Part shown: positions 22,467 through 25,000 of the stretch, piece after piece
How positions within the stretch are numbered: position 1 is the first letter of the stretch
Layout of the letters: each line of letters starts with the position of its first letter
NCBI GenBank assembly: GCA_030704615.1
Contig: JAKLZA010000041.1
Span: forward strand, 1 to 25,000
DNA from: Takakia lepidozioides
Lineage: Eukaryota > Plantae > Bryophyta
DNA: 25,000 nucleotides
Direction of reading: 5' to 3'
Notes under the pieces: model-generated
Databases searched by the model: none
What the model saw: only the letters and a program-made list of their open reading frames with translations
What the model was told of the DNA's origin: nothing
Made by a program: the position numbers and the translations under genes

Positions 22467-23760
22467 TCACAAACTCATTCGATGGCCAATTCTCCGAGCA
22501 GCATCGCTCAAGCTTTCTAGTTTTGGTAAGCTATCTCCTCGTCTGTGTTTCTCAACATTCTGCAGCTTTTGTGAGAGTATATCTAGGCAGATGCGATGCA
22601 CACTTATTAGGAGATCATGCAGCCTAATGATCTTGAGACCGGCATGGACATGGGCTCGAATTTTGGCCTGCCCTCCTTGCTGCAATGTAGCGGGAATGGA
22701 AGGGGGCTGTGTCGATGGGACTTCACATGTGGTTGGTAGATCACAAACATTATGTAGTTCGGGGATCCTCATAATATTGCGCATTGATGTTTTGTCCCTA
22801 AGATGCTTCCGAGCATTGCTGCTGGCGTTGAGCCACAATTGAACTGAGGGGTGTCATATAACGAAGCACCCTTGATCAAATACATCTCTCTCCTGCTCCC
22901 CATACGTCCATAAGTTCAAAGCCTCAAAACTTTTGCTAAATGGAACATGCATACAACGTTCCACTCTCCTGGCAGCTGTGTGCAAGACTTCCTTTGAGGA
23001 TTTAGATTTAAGTACAACCAGAAGAGAAGCATCAGATGGAAGGCAAAGTAATACCCTAGCACTGAGCACTTGCAAGCATGTCCTATTGTGTGGTGAAGTG
23101 TCTATGTGTGGAGCTCTGGCGGATGAGCAGTTGCGCAAATCCAATTTGAGGGAGCAGCTTGCCTAAGGAGCCTCCGTGATCAATTGTGAGCAGCCTTCAT
23201 ATTTTGTCACCCTTCAGATGTGGAGCTGTACAACAATGGCATACTGGATAAAAGGGAGGAATTGGTCAAGCAAGATCTATTTTCTCCAAGAACACTGAGC
23301 GTGCAGATTGAGTGAGGAAACCAGTCAAAACAAGCAACTTTTCATATCATGATCAAACACTTGGAGGCATCCTCCCTGCTCCCGCATTCGCAAAACATGT
23401 TGACGAAGGCAGTGACCTGCCCAGCGTCTGATTTTACTCCATCTTGATATAGGCATGGATCTTATACAATTTTCCAGCTTGGGCACGCCTTCCGAACAGA
23501 AATGAATGTGACCTTGTTAAGCACCGCTATCATGTGCTCCAAGATGTTCAAAGCCTCCCCTACCACATCCGTCTAGAGCATATCCAGCTGCACTGTACGC
23601 TCTATAATAAGATTCCTCGTTTACAGCCTGGCTTGCTCTACAAGCTGCGCATTCCCCTTGATGCTTTGAACTGTAGAAGAAAGGGCATATTCCATGGACA
23701 GAAAACTTTGGTGGAGATGGACGGCACGCTAAACTAGCGTGCATGTGCATCAGGGTGGAT
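22467..23760 (-). pseudogene. Decayed PLS-class pentatricopeptide repeat (PPR) pseudogene
   Basis: Manual minus-strand translation across frameshifts at ~23600-23350 gives GYALDGCG / EALNILEHMIAVLNKVTFISVRKAC / KIHAYI / DGVKSDAGQVTAFVNMFCECGSREDA / QVFD, the P-L-S motif succession. Further remnants are EALNL, PNYIMFV and LQQG...KIRAHVHAGLK at 22930-22630. Boundaries are approximate. Confidence 0.8.
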
Positions 23761-23957
23761 GAAATTTGCAGGTTTGTGTGAAGTAGCTTCGATACAAAGT
23801 ATAGAGTGACACAGTGGCGGCCAAGACGGCGCCTACAGTATCAGGTGGGTGGTATTATGATTGCAAGATCTTGCGAGACGGGTGTTTTCTTGCTAGACAC
23901 GTGTATTTGGCACCTCCAAGGTGAAGTTGTCTACATGCGCAAGGCTCGCAGCTTTAT

Positions 23958-25000
23958 TGCGACGACATCTCGTTGCACATAGGTCCCATGTTTTTAAAAC
24001 AAAATTGCGACGAAATTTCGTCGCAAATCAAATGAAAATCTGATAATACAATGACGTTTTTTGTTTTATTGAAAATCTTTGTTTAAAAGCTCTTTGACAA
24101 CATCTCATCACACATAAGTCTCATTTAAAAAATATTTTTTGTGAATACTACTATTGCTATTAATGCTAATACTACAACGCTTTTTTGTTGCAAATTTAGC
24201 TGAAAGGCTTCGTTAAAAATCTTTGCGACAACGACTCCCTGCACTTGAGTCGCATCCAAGAAAATAAAACTGTAGGATGGAAAATATTCATTAAAAGCTC
24301 TGCGACGACATCTTGTTGCACATAGTAGGGCCCATTTTTTTAAAAACAATCTGCCATGAAATTTTGTAATGAAGAAATTTTCGGATCTGATATTACAATG
24401 ACGTTTTTGTTTTATTGAAAATCTTTGTTTAAAAGCAGCTCTTTGACGACATCTCAAGTCTCATTTTTAAGAAAAAAATTGTGAATACTACTATTGCTAT
24501 TACTGCCAATACGATGCTTTTTGGTTGCAAATTTAGCTAAAAGGCTTCATTAAAAGTCTTTGCGACGACGACTCGCCGCACTTGAGTCGCATCCAAGAAA
24601 ATAAAATTGCAGGATGGCAAATATTCATTAAAAGCTCTGCGACAACATCTCGTTGCATGTAGTTCCCTTTTTTTTTTAAACAATTTGCGACGAAATTTCG
24701 TCGTAATTCAAATGAAGAAGTTGTCGGATCAGATACTACAATGACGTTTTTGTTTTATTGAAAATCTTTGTTTAAAAGCTCTTTTACGACATCTGGTCAC
24801 ACATAAGTCTCATTTTATTTTTTTAAAATTGTGACTACTACTGTTGCTATTACTGCTAATACTACGACGCTTTTTTGTTGTAAATTTAGCTAATATGCCT
24901 CATTAAAAGTCTTTGCGACGACTACTCGCCGCACTTCAGTCGCATCCAAGAAAATAAAATTGCAAGATAGCAAATCGTCACAATTCAAATCAAAGAAAAT
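23958..25000. repeat. AT-rich tandem repeat, ~340-bp monomer, 3 copies, running to the window edge; motifs resemble CACTA subterminal repeats
   Basis: Monomers start (TGCGAC.ACATCT) at 23958, 24301 and 24638. Perfect 22-bp palindrome TTGCGACGAAATTTCGTCGCAA at 24005-24026, a one-mismatch copy at 24685-24706, and many GCGAC/GTCGC half-sites. Confidence 0.9.

Noticed and set aside
22143-25000. CRISPR-like or other prokaryotic defence array
   Set aside because: The repeats are long tandem monomers without unique spacers, there are no cas genes, and the context is a spliced plant locus.

Overview
Eukaryotic land-plant nuclear DNA; the intron-containing LAS gene and the PPR style suggest a non-seed plant, but that is only inference. 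There is one clear host gene: a two-exon GRAS transcription factor of the LATERAL SUPPRESSOR/MOC1 (LAS/SCL18) subfamily on the + strand (8685/8786-10576, 690-bp phase-0 intron). Its likely N-terminus is separated from the GRAS domain by a one-base frameshift that leaves an ATGA start/stop overlap. The rest is mostly repeat and pseudogene material: a 5'-truncated LINE with poly(A) tail (~250-1919), a non-autonomous hAT element with an 8-bp TSD carrying a tRNA-like Pol III cassette (2759-3594), a stop-free CACTA TnpA-like (Ptta/En/Spm) exon on the - strand (19156-19962) that could splice in frame to an ISWI-like first exon (21825-21971), a decayed PLS-type PPR pseudogene (~22.5-23.8 kb), a 159-bp-period tandem duplication and a ~340-bp satellite with CACTA-type palindromes. 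I cannot demonstrate a new biological system. The best leads are the LAS ATGA junction, the possible ISWI-TnpA chimeric gene, a candidate LAS 3' enhancer and a dense run of short palindromes downstream of LAS. Family assignments come from recalled motifs, not database searches.
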